Of a stretch of 55,019 nt of DNA, positions 41,255 through 52,302 are shown piece after piece (position 1 is the stretch's first letter; every line of letters begins with the position of its first letter). The notes below the pieces were generated by a model. The model was not told where the DNA came from, ran no database searches, and saw only the letters and a list, made by a program, of their open reading frames with translations. The position numbers and the translations under genes were made by a program. Source of the stretch: Nitrosopumilus sp. Lineage in GTDB: Archaea; Thermoproteota; Nitrososphaeria; Nitrososphaerales; Nitrosopumilaceae. The stretch is from NCBI GenBank assembly GCA_965205425.1, contig CBDBGZ010000002.1:1-55019 (forward strand), written 5' to 3'.

Positions 41255-41668
41255 TCATGTCATCATTTTTTTAAATTTATTGAATTCAGATCTAGTTTTT
41301 ACAAATTGATCCGTAACAATTTTTTTTAACGTAAATAGATTTTCCATTCTTTCATTAATTATTGAAATTGATTCATTGAAAATTACAGTATCAATAAACT
41401 CATCATTAGGATATACGGTATATTCAAAAAAATTAGAACTAGTTTGAATTTGTAGTTTAAACCCCATTAGTAATCCCAAATCATCATGTTTGTTCAAAAA
41501 TCCAGTAAGACCAGCCTTCAAAGAAGAATCATTTGGGAGAGATTGATATCCAAATTCTAATCCATTTTTATCAATTATGCATGCAACAGGCTTGCCTTGA
41601 GTGTGTAAAACTGTAGAACTATGAGTGAGTACAAATTCTTCAGAGTCAGGCATTTTATCTAACGGCAT
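41255..41668 (-). CDS. Hypothetical protein
   Basis: ORF track. Confidence 0.7.
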   Translation of the reverse strand: MPLDKMPDSEEFVLTHSSTVLHTQGKPVACIIDKNGLEFGYQSLPNDSSLKAGLTGFLNKHDDLGLLMGFKLQIQTSSNFFEYTVYPNDEFIDTVIFNESISIINERMENLFTLKKIVTDQFVKTRSEFNKFKKMMT

Positions 41669-41875
41669 AATCAGATTTCAGATATTTGATTAATAATTTT
41701 TAAATAAATTATTCTTCTTCAGGCTCGTTTGCCTTGTCTCTAACTTTTTTCATTACACAGAATTTACCCAAGGTCTTTTTCCATCCCATAATTTGACAAT
41801 ACAGTTCAGAGTCTTAAGTGTGTTTGATAAATCCAGTCAACACTTGGGTAATAACACAGTCTCATATGTTCATTA

Positions 41876-44575
41876 ATGGTAAATTTACCTCAAATCTTAT
41901 TCATGAAGTTCTGCTCTAATTGCGATACTAGGCTCGTACAAAGTTATGAAGATGTTGGAGGTCCATGGGTTTGTCCTAAATGTAATCCTGAAAAAATACT
42001 GGTCAAAGCCCCAACATATGGAGTAAACTATTCTGGCAGAACAAAACAATGTTCCAAAGGTTGTGGTGCAGAGATTTACTGGGATGAAGGTTTCAAATCA
42101 GATAGTGGAAAGTTTATCCCGATTGATTCAAGAACTGATGAACCACATAGATGTGACGGACCTACAGACGCAGGGGAATATTTCCCCGATGTAATTAAAA
42201 AATATTCAAAACCAAAACCAAAAGATCCTACACCAAGTATTCCAATTCCAGAAAATATTCTATACAATATTAATAAAATTCCAAAATCATTGATTGACAA
42301 TGACAGTATAATTCGAGAAATCATTCAAGGGCACAAAGAAGAATCACTTGCATTAATTCACTACGAACGATTGATTGCACCAGAAGCAGAAAAAATTCCA
42401 ATTGAATCACTAAAAGATGTATTATCAGAAAATATTCTAAAAGGATTAACAAAATATGGATTTACAGGATTTCTACCATTTCAAGAAGAATCTATCAGAG
42501 AAATTCTAAAGGGGAATAATTCAATTATTTCAGCACCTACAGGTTCTGGAAAAACAGAGGCTTTTGCCATTCCAATTTTACAGAAAATTTCAGAAAATAC
42601 TACTCCAGGGGCATTTACATTACTGGTATACCCACTTAATGCACTAATTGACGACCAAGTTTCAAAAATTTCAGATTTAGTTCAGAAATGTAAACTTGGA
42701 GACAAAGTAGGAGTGCATTCAATTCACGGAGGTCAGAGTACAGAATACAAAGATATGATCATATCAGATGCAAGCAGTAAATCATTAATCATTGCAACTA
42801 ATTTTGATTTTATCAATTATCATTTAATTTTACAAGATAAGAAATGGAATGAGTTATTCAAAAATGCAAAAATTATCGTAATGGATGAAGCACATTCCTA
42901 TACAAGCTTTCATGGCTCTAATGTGTATCATGTTTTAAAAAGAATGAAACGATTTATGAATAAAGTTCAGTTTGTAGGCTCATCTGCAACTCTAGATAAT
43001 TCTAAAGAATTTTTTTCAAATATGTTTGATTTACCTGAAGAGTCTTTTTCATACATTAAAAGTCAATTCAGACGAAAACAAAATATGCATATGTTTTTCA
43101 TCATGCCAAGAAAATTCAGACAAAGAACTACCATGGAAATGTTATCATCAATTTGTTATAAAAATAAATCAACTCAGTTGGTGTTTAGTAATTCTCATAA
43201 TGATGCAGAATTTCTTGCCTCAAATGTAGAGACAGCAAATGAAGGAATTAGAATTCAGATTCACAGAGGAGGCTTGGATCAAAGAGACAGAAAAATGTAC
43301 GAATCTCAAATGAAAGCAGGGGAACTAGACATATTATCATGTACTCCAACATTAGAGCTTGGTATCGACATAGGTCATGTAGATGTAGTAATATCTGCAT
43401 TCAAAAATGAATTTGATTCATTTATTCAAAGAATTGGAAGGGCAGGCAGAATGGGTCAAAAATCATATGCAATTTGTGTTTTTGATCCTGATGATGCAGC
43501 ATGTCATTATTTCGCACGGCATATAGACGAATACCTAAAACAGGATCACATTATTCCAATCAACAAGAAAAATCCAATTATTTCAGATAGACATGTAGAG
43601 TCAGTAGAAATTGAAGACCAAGCTGCAAATGAGTCAGACAAATCACAGTTCTTTGATTTTGCAAATAGTGTGAATCTTAGAGGAGCATCAGAAGAAATTG
43701 CCATTTATTACAATTCTAGAAAAATTGGAACCAGAGGAGTGCCTGTAGGATATTATCAACTACATCAAAAAGCAATCTATCACTTTAACAAGCAAAACTA
43801 TGAGGTAAATTCTCTCATAAAATCTCAAAAGGGTGCAAGGGCATACCTTGTAAGATCAAATGAAAAAGGAAAAAGAACAATCCCCATAGTCAAAACATCC
43901 ATAATTCAAACCTTAGAAGGCAAGGCAACTCATAGAGAAATCGAGATAAAATCTAAAAAAATATCATTAAGATATGGAATGATTTCACTAGATAGAACCA
44001 TTACAGGATACATGAAAGGAAATTACAATGAATCAGCAGACAAGTTTGCAATGTATAATGGTAGCAATATTTCAAGCTGGAGAAATTTCCATTGGAAATC
44101 AAAGCATTCCTCAGTGAGCATAACAATACCACCAGAATTTATCTCAAAAGCAATTTCCGATTCTAAAAGTTCCATAGTTAATGATTCTAGAGTTCACACA
44201 ATCGCACATATCTTAGTTAACGCAAGTAAAATTTTAACAAAATCAGAATCAAGCGATATTGATGTTTATTATGAAAAAGGAGTAATCTACCTTTATGATA
44301 ATTCATCAGATGGATTTAATGGGTGCAGTAAGATAGCATTTGATGAATTTGAAAAAATACTAAGTACCGGGTTCTCTCTTTTACAGGATTGTGATTGTCC
44401 TACAGGTAAATCCCAAATAGAAGATGAAAAAAAATGGGGAGGATGTCCAAAATGCACATTTACCACAAATTATTGTCAGACCAAAAATAAGGAATTATCT
44501 AAAAAGGGTGCAAAAGAATTTTTTTCTGCTTTTCAATCATTATCTTTTCCGGAAATTATTTCACCCCTTAACTAG
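41876..44575 (+). CDS. SF2 DEAH helicase of Hrq1/SftH type with C-terminal 4-Cys (DUF1998-like) domain and extra N-terminal zinc ribbons
   Basis: PTGSGKT, YPLNAL, DEAH, SAT, LELGIDIG and QRIGRAGR motifs; CDC...GCPKC. The C-terminal residues come from the IS481 end. Confidence 0.9.
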   Translation: MVNLPQILFMKFCSNCDTRLVQSYEDVGGPWVCPKCNPEKILVKAPTYGVNYSGRTKQCSKGCGAEIYWDEGFKSDSGKFIPIDSRTDEPHRCDGPTDAGEYFPDVIKKYSKPKPKDPTPSIPIPENILYNINKIPKSLIDNDSIIREIIQGHKEESLALIHYERLIAPEAEKIPIESLKDVLSENILKGLTKYGFTGFLPFQEESIREILKGNNSIISAPTGSGKTEAFAIPILQKISENTTPGAFTLLVYPLNALIDDQVSKISDLVQKCKLGDKVGVHSIHGGQSTEYKDMIISDASSKSLIIATNFDFINYHLILQDKKWNELFKNAKIIVMDEAHSYTSFHGSNVYHVLKRMKRFMNKVQFVGSSATLDNSKEFFSNMFDLPEESFSYIKSQFRRKQNMHMFFIMPRKFRQRTTMEMLSSICYKNKSTQLVFSNSHNDAEFLASNVETANEGIRIQIHRGGLDQRDRKMYESQMKAGELDILSCTPTLELGIDIGHVDVVISAFKNEFDSFIQRIGRAGRMGQKSYAICVFDPDDAACHYFARHIDEYLKQDHIIPINKKNPIISDRHVESVEIEDQAANESDKSQFFDFANSVNLRGASEEIAIYYNSRKIGTRGVPVGYYQLHQKAIYHFNKQNYEVNSLIKSQKGARAYLVRSNEKGKRTIPIVKTSIIQTLEGKATHREIEIKSKKISLRYGMISLDRTITGYMKGNYNESADKFAMYNGSNISSWRNFHWKSKHSSVSITIPPEFISKAISDSKSSIVNDSRVHTIAHILVNASKILTKSESSDIDVYYEKGVIYLYDNSSDGFNGCSKIAFDEFEKILSTGFSLLQDCDCPTGKSQIEDEKKWGGCPKCTFTTNYCQTKNKELSKKGAKEFFSAFQSLSFPEIISPLN

Positions 44576-45582
44576 GAGAGCATCATTCCCATACTATCGT
44601 ATGCGTGGGTATCGTGGCATACCTATGGTAAAGTTAGATGAGAATAAGATCAGGTGGATTATACAATCTAAAAATGAAAAAGTCAAGAATTTAGATATTT
44701 CAGTAATCCTCAAGATAACGCCTAGAAGAGTACAACAAGTCTACTCTCAGTACAAAAAAACCAAAAAGATTCCCACACTCAAAAGACCAGGGCGTCCAAA
44801 AAAGCCAGTCACTGTACACGAGATAGAGCTAGTCAAACAAGTTCAAGAAAAATTTCATACAAACGCACTATACCTTGAGAAAATCATATCAAAATTGTAC
44901 AATACCAAGATAAACCACAATCGCATCCACAAGATTATGCTAGATGAAGGATTATCAGTTGAGCAACCACGGAAAAAGATGAGAAGAAAGTGGATCAGGT
45001 ATGAACGTGAATATTCAAATTCACTGTGGCATACTGACTGGCACACAATACATGATTCACGCTGGGCAGGAAAACAACTAATTGCATTTGAAGATGATGC
45101 CTCACGATTTATCACGGGTTTCGGAGTGTATGATGAGGCAACATCTGTGAATTCTTCTGAAGTACTATCTGATGCAATAAAGAATCACGGTAGACCAGCA
45201 TCTGTACTATCTGATAATGGAAAACAGTTCACATCAAATGTCAATACTCTTGATCATAACAAGCCAGTAGACTTTGAGCAGCAACTAATGAGACATCACG
45301 TAAAGCACTCTCGTACAAGAGTGAGACATCCACAAACAAATGGTAAGCTAGAAAAGTTCTGGGATATCTTTGAGTGTAAAATAGAATACTTTGAGTCAGT
45401 GGAGCAGTTTATGCATTGGTACAATCACATTAGAGTTCATGGCGCACTAGACTTGGATAACATGGAGACACCATCTGATGCGTATCACTCCAAGATGATA
45501 ACAAACGAAATACTCATAGACCCAAGCATTCTATGGAGGAATTACTCATGAAAGTGACACGAAATAATTTCTGGAAAGAACA
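44541..45582 (+). mobile_element. IS481-family insertion sequence
   Basis: 22-bp imperfect TIRs TATCTTTTCCGGAAATTATTTC / GAAATAATTTCTGGAAAGAACA; 15-bp duplication CTGCTTTTCAATCAT at 44526-44540 and 45583-45597. Confidence 0.92.
44625..45551 (+). CDS. IS481 integrase-core transposase (start 44601 or 44625)
   Basis: LWHTDW, DDASR, SDNGKQF and HPQTNGKLE motifs. Confidence 0.92.
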   Translation: MVKLDENKIRWIIQSKNEKVKNLDISVILKITPRRVQQVYSQYKKTKKIPTLKRPGRPKKPVTVHEIELVKQVQEKFHTNALYLEKIISKLYNTKINHNRIHKIMLDEGLSVEQPRKKMRRKWIRYEREYSNSLWHTDWHTIHDSRWAGKQLIAFEDDASRFITGFGVYDEATSVNSSEVLSDAIKNHGRPASVLSDNGKQFTSNVNTLDHNKPVDFEQQLMRHHVKHSRTRVRHPQTNGKLEKFWDIFECKIEYFESVEQFMHWYNHIRVHGALDLDNMETPSDAYHSKMITNEILIDPSILWRNYS

Positions 45583-45646
45583 CTGCTTTTCAATCATCAT
45601 AATATTTAAAAAATATCTTTTAAAATTATTTATGGATTCTATTAGT

Positions 45647-45793
45647 TCATTGAGTATTTTCAGATATTTTTTTCAATTCAGAAAGAATCAAAACTAGTAT
45701 TTCTTTTTCACTTAATTTCAAAAGTTCTACTGTCTCTTCTTCTGTGAATTTAATTTCTTCATTTATTTTTTCATATGTTTTAAGATCTGTCAT
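45647..45793 (-). CDS. 48-aa hypothetical protein
   Basis: Manual translation MTDLKTYEKINEEIKFTEEETVELLKLSEKEILVLILSELKKISENTQ. Confidence 0.45.
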   Translation of the reverse strand: MTDLKTYEKINEEIKFTEEETVELLKLSEKEILVLILSELKKISENTQ

Positions 45794-45833
45794 ATCACAG
45801 TAGAATTATAGCAAGTGATTAAACTTTTCCAAA

Positions 45834-46025
45834 TCAATCTTGCAGTGAATAGTGAACATCACAAAACAATACAATGCCATGAGGTAATGTTTTGGCAGTT
45901 ATGGAATGTCCATCTTGTAGTCCTTTCCCACAAACATAACACTCCACTTTACTTACGGATGTAGAAACAGCATGTGATTTTAAAATCTGGATATTCTGAA
46001 TGGTTGTTTGATTTACCCCCTGCAT
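45834..46025 (-). CDS. Small zinc-finger protein (start probably MQGVNQ)
   Basis: CYVC...CDVH. Confidence 0.65.
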   Translation of the reverse strand: MQGVNQTTIQNIQILKSHAVSTSVSKVECYVCGKGLQDGHSITAKTLPHGIVLFCDVHYSLQD

Positions 46026-46176
46026 GGTAATTATATTACGTCCAACTAGACTATAAAGGTACCGTACCATACCGTAATCAATACACGCCTAAAAAATCAA
46101 CATTTTCAGACAAAAATAGACAGATCAGAATCATCTCATCACTTTAAATAATAAACCATCAAAATTTTGTCTATGG

Positions 46177-47526
46177 GTGGACACCTTTGGAAAAACACAA
46201 GCAAAAGTAATACCTCTAGATTTATCTGAAAACCAATTTCAAATTTACAATAAAATTTCAAGAAACTATTCACATTCATTTCTATTTGAATCATTAACAG
46301 GCCCAGAAGTTTTAGCTGAGACATCTGTAATGGGTTTTGATCCCAAAATAATTCTCAAAGGATATTCAGATAAAGTAGAAATTATCCAAAATGGAGAAAC
46401 ACAAATCATTCAAACCATAGATCCATTTGCAGAACTAAAAAAATTACTAGAGAAATCTGATGATCAAAGCTATCGGTATTTGGGAGGAGCAGTCGGAGTA
46501 GTTAACTATGATGCAATTAGATTGGTTGAAGAAATAAAAGATTCTCATAACTCACCACAGCCACTAATGGAATTTGGAATTTATGATGACGGGATTCTGT
46601 ACGATAAAATACATGAAAAGTTATTCTATTTTTATCACGATGAGAATAGGTTTGATAAATTTGTAATGGATAGCGTGGAGTTTGGAGAATTTCATGCAAG
46701 TGAAGTAACACCAAATATGGATAAAACAAAATATTCTGAAATAGTAAACAAGGCAAAAAAATACATTCATGATGGAGATATTTTCCAAGCAGTATTATCT
46801 AGAAAATTTGCATTTGATACAAATGGAGACAATCTAACATTATACAAAACACTAAGAAAATTAAATCCATCACCATACATGTATCATCTAAAACAAGATA
46901 CCAAAACAATAATTGGAGCATCCCCTGAAATGCTAGTTAGAATCACTGATGACAAAGTAGAGACATTTCCAATTGCAGGTACCAGAAAAATTACAGATGA
47001 TGAAAACAAAAACAAGGCATTGTCTGAAGAATTAATTCAGGATGAAAAAGAATTAGCCGAACATACAATGCTTGTAGATTTGGGAAGAAATGACATTGGT
47101 AGAGTTTGTAAATATGGAACTGTGCATCCAGAATCATTAATGGAGATAAAGCGATTTAGTCACGTTCAGCATATTGTAAGTCATGTTGTTGGTAATTTAG
47201 ATCCTGAAAATGACATGTTTGACGCATTTCAGGCAGTATTTCCAGCAGGAACAGTATCTGGAGCACCAAAAGTCAGAGCCATGGAGATTATTGATAAATT
47301 GGAAACAGAGGCAAGAGGGCCATATGCAGGAGCTGTAGGATATTTCTCATACAATGGATGCTGTGATTTTGCAATAGCAATTAGAAGCATATTCATTGAA
47401 AACAACAAAGGGTTCGTTCAGTCAGGTGCAGGCATAGTATCAGATTCTGTTGCAGAAAATGAATTCAAAGAAACTGAACACAAAGCAGGGGCCATGCTTC
47501 AAGCATTAAAGGAGGCATCAAATTGA
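46177..47526 (+). CDS. trpE: Anthranilate synthase component I
   Basis: [22 protein letters not shown] and GTVSGAPK motifs. Confidence 0.96.
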   Translation: MDTFGKTQAKVIPLDLSENQFQIYNKISRNYSHSFLFESLTGPEVLAETSVMGFDPKIILKGYSDKVEIIQNGETQIIQTIDPFAELKKLLEKSDDQSYRYLGGAVGVVNYDAIRLVEEIKDSHNSPQPLMEFGIYDDGILYDKIHEKLFYFYHDENRFDKFVMDSVEFGEFHASEVTPNMDKTKYSEIVNKAKKYIHDGDIFQAVLSRKFAFDTNGDNLTLYKTLRKLNPSPYMYHLKQDTKTIIGASPEMLVRITDDKVETFPIAGTRKITDDENKNKALSEELIQDEKELAEHTMLVDLGRNDIGRVCKYGTVHPESLMEIKRFSHVQHIVSHVVGNLDPENDMFDAFQAVFPAGTVSGAPKVRAMEIIDKLETEARGPYAGAVGYFSYNGCCDFAIAIRSIFIENNKGFVQSGAGIVSDSVAENEFKETEHKAGAMLQALKEASN

Positions 47527-48119
47527 AATTTTTAATTATTGACAATTATGATTCATTCGTGTACAATATTGCACAGTATCTTGGAGAATTAGGAGTAGAA
47601 TGCGATGTGATTAGAAATGATAAAATCACATTACAGCAAATCAAAGAAAAAAAATATGATGCAATAATTATTTCTCCAGGGCCAGGTACTCCTGAAGACA
47701 AAAAATACTTTGGAGTATGTTCTGAAGTCATTAAAGATATGGGACCAAACGTTCCAATTCTAGGAGTATGTCTAGGACATCAAGGAATAATTGATGCATT
47801 TGGAGGTAAAGTCACCAATGCAGGGTGTGTAAGACATGGAAAGACAAGTCAAGTTGATCATAGTAATTCAAAATTATTTACAGATGTAAAGAATCCATTT
47901 CGAGCAACAAGATATCATAGTTTAGTAGGAGACAAAACAATAATCCCAGATGTGTTAGAGGTAACTGCAACTGCATCAGATGATGGAGAGATTATGGCAA
48001 TCCAACATAAAGAATATCTAATTCAGGGAGTACAATTTCACCCAGAATCCATTATGACAGAAGACGGAAAAAAGATTCTGGGGAATTTTATCAAACAAGT
48101 AAAGGAGAAACAAAAATGA
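47523..48119 (+). CDS. trpG: Anthranilate synthase component II
   Basis: IDNYDSF, SPGPG, GVCLGHQ and QFHPES motifs. Confidence 0.96.
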   Translation: MKFLIIDNYDSFVYNIAQYLGELGVECDVIRNDKITLQQIKEKKYDAIIISPGPGTPEDKKYFGVCSEVIKDMGPNVPILGVCLGHQGIIDAFGGKVTNAGCVRHGKTSQVDHSNSKLFTDVKNPFRATRYHSLVGDKTIIPDVLEVTATASDDGEIMAIQHKEYLIQGVQFHPESIMTEDGKKILGNFIKQVKEKQK

Positions 48120-49162
48120 TTTCAGAATTAATTTCAAAATTACAAGAAAAGACAGATCTCACATATGATGAAATGAATCAAGTAATGACAGATGTACTAT
48201 CAGGTAAAACAGATGATGTTCAAAATGCAGACTTTCTATCATCATTAGCAGAAAAAGGAGAAACAGATGATGAATTATTAGGAATGCTTGATAAAATGCA
48301 GGATTTCTCTCTCAAAGTAGAGGCCAAAAATCAAGGTCCAGTCATAGATATGTGTGGTACCGGAGGTGACAAACTCCAGACATTCAACATCTCCACTACA
48401 GCATCATTTGTGGTTGCTGCAGCTGGTGGAATTGTAGCAAAACATGGGAATCGCTCCAGTTCAGGAGTTTCTGGAAGTGCAGATATTTTTGAATATTTTG
48501 GATATGATTTGAATACAGAACCAGATAAAATCTCAGATACTTTACAAAAGCACAACATCTGTTTTATGTTTGCACAAAAATTCCATCCAGCAATGAAGCA
48601 TGTGTCAACAGCTAGAAAACAATTGAGAAAAAGAACCGCATTTAATCTTCTAGGACCACTATCAAATCCAGCTGGGGTAAAAAATCAACTAGTAGGAGTA
48701 TTCTCCACAGAATATCTAGACAGATTACCACTACTTCTAAAAAGAAAAGGAGCTGAAAATATAATGACGGTTCGTTCAGATGATGGAATGGATGAATTCT
48801 CTACAAGTGCTATAAATCGAGTTTGCATATTAAAAAATGATAAAGTATTGATGAACGCAATAGATCCAGAAGTAGTTGGATTGCATAAATCATCACTAGC
48901 AGATATTCAAATTAAGACAAAAGAAGAAGCAATCAAATCATTTGTTACAGTATTAAACAATACAGCAAATCAAGCAATGATTGAAACTACTGTGTTAAAT
49001 GCAGCTGGGGGTTTAATAGTTGCTAATATTTCTAAAAACTTTGAAGAAGCAGTAGAATTAGCATTAGACACAATAAAAAGTGGTAAAGCATTTTCATTGT
49101 TGGAAAAATTTGTTCAGGATACAGGAGACATTTCAAAATTAAAGGAGATGGATGATGGCTGA
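48116..49162 (+). CDS. trpD: Anthranilate phosphoribosyltransferase
   Basis: CGTGGD and KHGNRSSS motifs. Confidence 0.97.
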   Translation: MISELISKLQEKTDLTYDEMNQVMTDVLSGKTDDVQNADFLSSLAEKGETDDELLGMLDKMQDFSLKVEAKNQGPVIDMCGTGGDKLQTFNISTTASFVVAAAGGIVAKHGNRSSSGVSGSADIFEYFGYDLNTEPDKISDTLQKHNICFMFAQKFHPAMKHVSTARKQLRKRTAFNLLGPLSNPAGVKNQLVGVFSTEYLDRLPLLLKRKGAENIMTVRSDDGMDEFSTSAINRVCILKNDKVLMNAIDPEVVGLHKSSLADIQIKTKEEAIKSFVTVLNNTANQAMIETTVLNAAGGLIVANISKNFEEAVELALDTIKSGKAFSLLEKFVQDTGDISKLKEMDDG

Positions 49163-49931
49163 AAATATTTTACGAAAACTAGTGAATAATTCCCAAATGG
49201 CAATTGATGATGGAGTTTATGATGTAGATACAGATTTACAAAAATCAAGCAAAGACTTTATTCAAATTATCAACACAAATCCTCATCCAACATTACTTAC
49301 TGAAATAAAATTTTCATCACCATCATTAGGTAAAATCAAGACATTAACGGATCCGGCAAGGATTGCAAAACAAATGATTGCCGGAGGCTCAAAGGCACTG
49401 TCAGTTTTGACTCAACCACACCTGTTTCAAGGCTCACCAGAGTATTTCATGAAAGTACGAGAAGCAGTAGATGTACCTATGCTCATGAAAGACATCATGA
49501 TTGATAAGATACAGATTGATGCAGCAAAGAAAATAGGAGCAGATTACATGTTGGTAATCCAGTCTTTGTTTGATCAGAAATTCCTTTCAGATATTGATGA
49601 ATTCATAGGATATGGTCACAAGCAAGGATTGCAAATTTTACTTGAAGTACATACAAAACAAGAACTAGAAAATGCATTAAAAACAAAAGCTGATTTAATT
49701 GGAATAAATAACAGGAATCTAGATACATTAGAAATCGATATTAAAACCACAGAATCAATACTTTCAGGAGTAGAAATATCAAGACCCATTTTATCTGAAA
49801 GTGGAATAAACACTCCTAAGGACATTCAATATCTAAAAAAATACGGGGCTAATGCATTCTTGATAGGTTCAAGCATAATGAAAAGTGATAACATTGAAGA
49901 ACAAGTAAAAAAATTGGTGAGTGCATATTGA
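49152..49931 (+). CDS. trpC: Indole-3-glycerol-phosphate synthase
   Basis: [19 protein letters not shown] and SESGI motifs. Confidence 0.96.
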   Translation: MMAENILRKLVNNSQMAIDDGVYDVDTDLQKSSKDFIQIINTNPHPTLLTEIKFSSPSLGKIKTLTDPARIAKQMIAGGSKALSVLTQPHLFQGSPEYFMKVREAVDVPMLMKDIMIDKIQIDAAKKIGADYMLVIQSLFDQKFLSDIDEFIGYGHKQGLQILLEVHTKQELENALKTKADLIGINNRNLDTLEIDIKTTESILSGVEISRPILSESGINTPKDIQYLKKYGANAFLIGSSIMKSDNIEEQVKKLVSAY

Positions 49932-51118
49932 AATATCCTAAAAATGGTCGATTTGGAGAGTTTGGTGGAAAATATATTCCTGAAACACTAGTTCCAGCAG
50001 TTGAGGAATTAGAAGAAAATTATCTTAAATTCAAAAATGATAAAAAATTCAAAAAAGAACTAAATTATTATCTTAAAGTCTATGCCGGAAGACCAACTCC
50101 ATTATACTATGCAAAAAATTTGTCTGAAAAAATTGGCGGAGCTAAAATCTATCTCAAACGAGAAGACTTGCTTCATGGAGGAGCTCATAAAATAAACAAT
50201 ACACTAGGCCAAGCATTACTTGCAAAAAAAATGAACAAGAAAAGAATTATCGCAGAGACAGGTGCAGGACAACACGGAGTTGCAACTGCAATGGCATGTG
50301 CAGCACTTGGAATGAAAGCAGAAGTGTACATGGGGTACAGAGACACAATAAGACAAAAACAAAATGTATTTCGAATGAATATGCTCGGATGTGAAGTTCA
50401 TCCAGTAAAATCAGGCTCAAAAACACTCAAAGATGCAATTAATGAGGCAATTCGTGACTGGATAACAAATGTTGAGAGTACATATTATTTGCTAGGATCA
50501 GCAGTAGGGCCACACCCATACCCTGTAATGGTTAGAGATTTCCAAAGTGTAATTGGTAATGAAATAAAAGTACAAATGAAAAAAATTAACAATAAAACAC
50601 CAGATACAGTAATAGCATGCGTTGGTGGCGGTTCAAATGCAATTGGAACATTCTATCCATTAGTTGATTCAAATTCAGAAATTATAGGAGTAGAAGCTGC
50701 AGGTCACGGATTAAAATCAAAAATGCATTCAGCTACATTGTCTGCAGGAAGTAAAGGGATCTTACACGGTATGATGACATATTTGTTACAAGATAAGGAA
50801 GGACAAGTAACTGAAACTCACAGTATTTCAGCAGGATTAGATTATCCAGGAGTAGGTCCAGAGCACTCTTACTATAAAGACACTAAACGAGTAAAATATC
50901 ATGCAGCAACTGATGCAGAAGTGATTGAAGCATTTCTCACACTAACAAGAACAGAAGGAATCATTCCAGCTTTAGAATCATCGCATGCAATTGCTGAAGC
51001 AATGAAGGTTGCAAGAAAGAGTAAAAAATCAGAATCAATCGTAGTAACTCTTTCTGGAAGAGGAGACAAAGACATTGAAGAAGTACAAAATTATTTGAAT
51101 AAACATGACAAGAATTAA
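49928..51118 (+). CDS. trpB: Tryptophan synthase beta chain
   Basis: [17 protein letters not shown] and [11 protein letters not shown] motifs. Confidence 0.98.
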   Translation: MKYPKNGRFGEFGGKYIPETLVPAVEELEENYLKFKNDKKFKKELNYYLKVYAGRPTPLYYAKNLSEKIGGAKIYLKREDLLHGGAHKINNTLGQALLAKKMNKKRIIAETGAGQHGVATAMACAALGMKAEVYMGYRDTIRQKQNVFRMNMLGCEVHPVKSGSKTLKDAINEAIRDWITNVESTYYLLGSAVGPHPYPVMVRDFQSVIGNEIKVQMKKINNKTPDTVIACVGGGSNAIGTFYPLVDSNSEIIGVEAAGHGLKSKMHSATLSAGSKGILHGMMTYLLQDKEGQVTETHSISAGLDYPGVGPEHSYYKDTKRVKYHAATDAEVIEAFLTLTRTEGIIPALESSHAIAEAMKVARKSKKSESIVVTLSGRGDKDIEEVQNYLNKHDKN

Positions 51119-51905
51119 AGAAAAATTTGTAGAGTTGGAGGCAAAAAACCAAAAAGCTCTGATTTCATATATCATGGTAGGGTTTCCAAATGAAAAATCA
51201 ACAATCCCCACAGTAAGAGGGTTAGTAAAAGGAGGAGTAGACATTATTGAATTAGGATTTCCATTTTCTGACCCACTAGCAGATGGTCCTGTAATTCAAA
51301 ATGCAAGTACCACGTCTTTAGAAAAAGGTACCAAGATTGCAAAGTTTTTCACACTTGTAAAAAAAATACGAAAGGAAACAGATGTTCCACTAATCTTAAT
51401 GACGTATACCAATATTTTGTATCATAAAGGGTATGGAAAATTTATTCTTGAAGCTAAAAAAGCAGGAATTGACGGATTTATCCTACCAGATATGTCCATT
51501 GAAGAATCAAAAGAATATCTAAAAGCTGCTAAAAACAATGCAGATACAATATTTTTGATTTCTCCAAATACAAGTAATAAAAGAATTCAAAAAATAGTCA
51601 AAGCATCATCAGGATTTTTGTATCTTGTTGCAGTGTTTGGAACAACAGGAATAAAAACAGGGATTAAAAAATACACTCTGGATGCAATCAAACAAGTCAA
51701 AAAACAAACCAAAGGAAAAATTCCAATAGGGATTGGGTTTGGAATTTCAACACCAGAGGATGTAAAAAAATACATCAAAGCAGGAGCAGATGCAGTAATT
51801 GTTGGAAGTGCATATTTAAAATTAATTGAAAAGACTCCTCAAAACAAACTTGAATCAAAGATTGCATCGTTTACAAAAAGTCTCAAAAAACAAACTGTAC
51901 TCTAA
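51105..51905 (+). CDS. trpA: Tryptophan synthase alpha chain
   Basis: [17 protein letters not shown] and GFGIS motifs. Confidence 0.98.
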   Translation: MTRIKEKFVELEAKNQKALISYIMVGFPNEKSTIPTVRGLVKGGVDIIELGFPFSDPLADGPVIQNASTTSLEKGTKIAKFFTLVKKIRKETDVPLILMTYTNILYHKGYGKFILEAKKAGIDGFILPDMSIEESKEYLKAAKNNADTIFLISPNTSNKRIQKIVKASSGFLYLVAVFGTTGIKTGIKKYTLDAIKQVKKQTKGKIPIGIGFGISTPEDVKKYIKAGADAVIVGSAYLKLIEKTPQNKLESKIASFTKSLKKQTVL

Positions 51906-52093
51906 AAACAATATCGTCTAAGTTGGCGGTCAAGTATGCAAACTTTCATGGAGGAGAACTCAATTTCAGTAATGGCCGCCAAACTAGAGGTTCTCAAATT
52001 ATAGTACACATAGGAGAATAAAACAAAGACGGTATCAATGATTAAAATTTATTTGAAAAGTTGACAAATAATTCACAACTGTAAAGATCGCAA

Positions 52094-52302
52094 TTATCTA
52101 AAGAGGGAGAATTTGGAACGAGTCAAAAACAATGTAGAAACAAGACCAATACTCAAAATGCCTAATGCTAAAAATCCAAATTCAGGAATTACTTTAGTAC
52201 TCATGATTTTAATTTCATTAGAATGAGAAGAAATAAGAATTACAAGTTTTGTACCTGAAGATGTAATTTCAGATTCAAATTCAGTTATTTCATCATCTAC
52301 TA
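52094..52302 (-). pseudogene. C-terminal remnant of a PEFG-CTERM surface protein, cut by IS630
   Basis: ...VDDEITEFESE...IKIMSTKVIPEFGFLALGILSIGLVSTLFLTRSKFSLFR-stop: PEFG, TM helix and basic tail. Confidence 0.8.

Noticed and set aside
44424..44600. Long N-terminal extension of the IS481 transposase in the ORF track
   Set aside because: It begins outside the element's left TIR, within the helicase gene.
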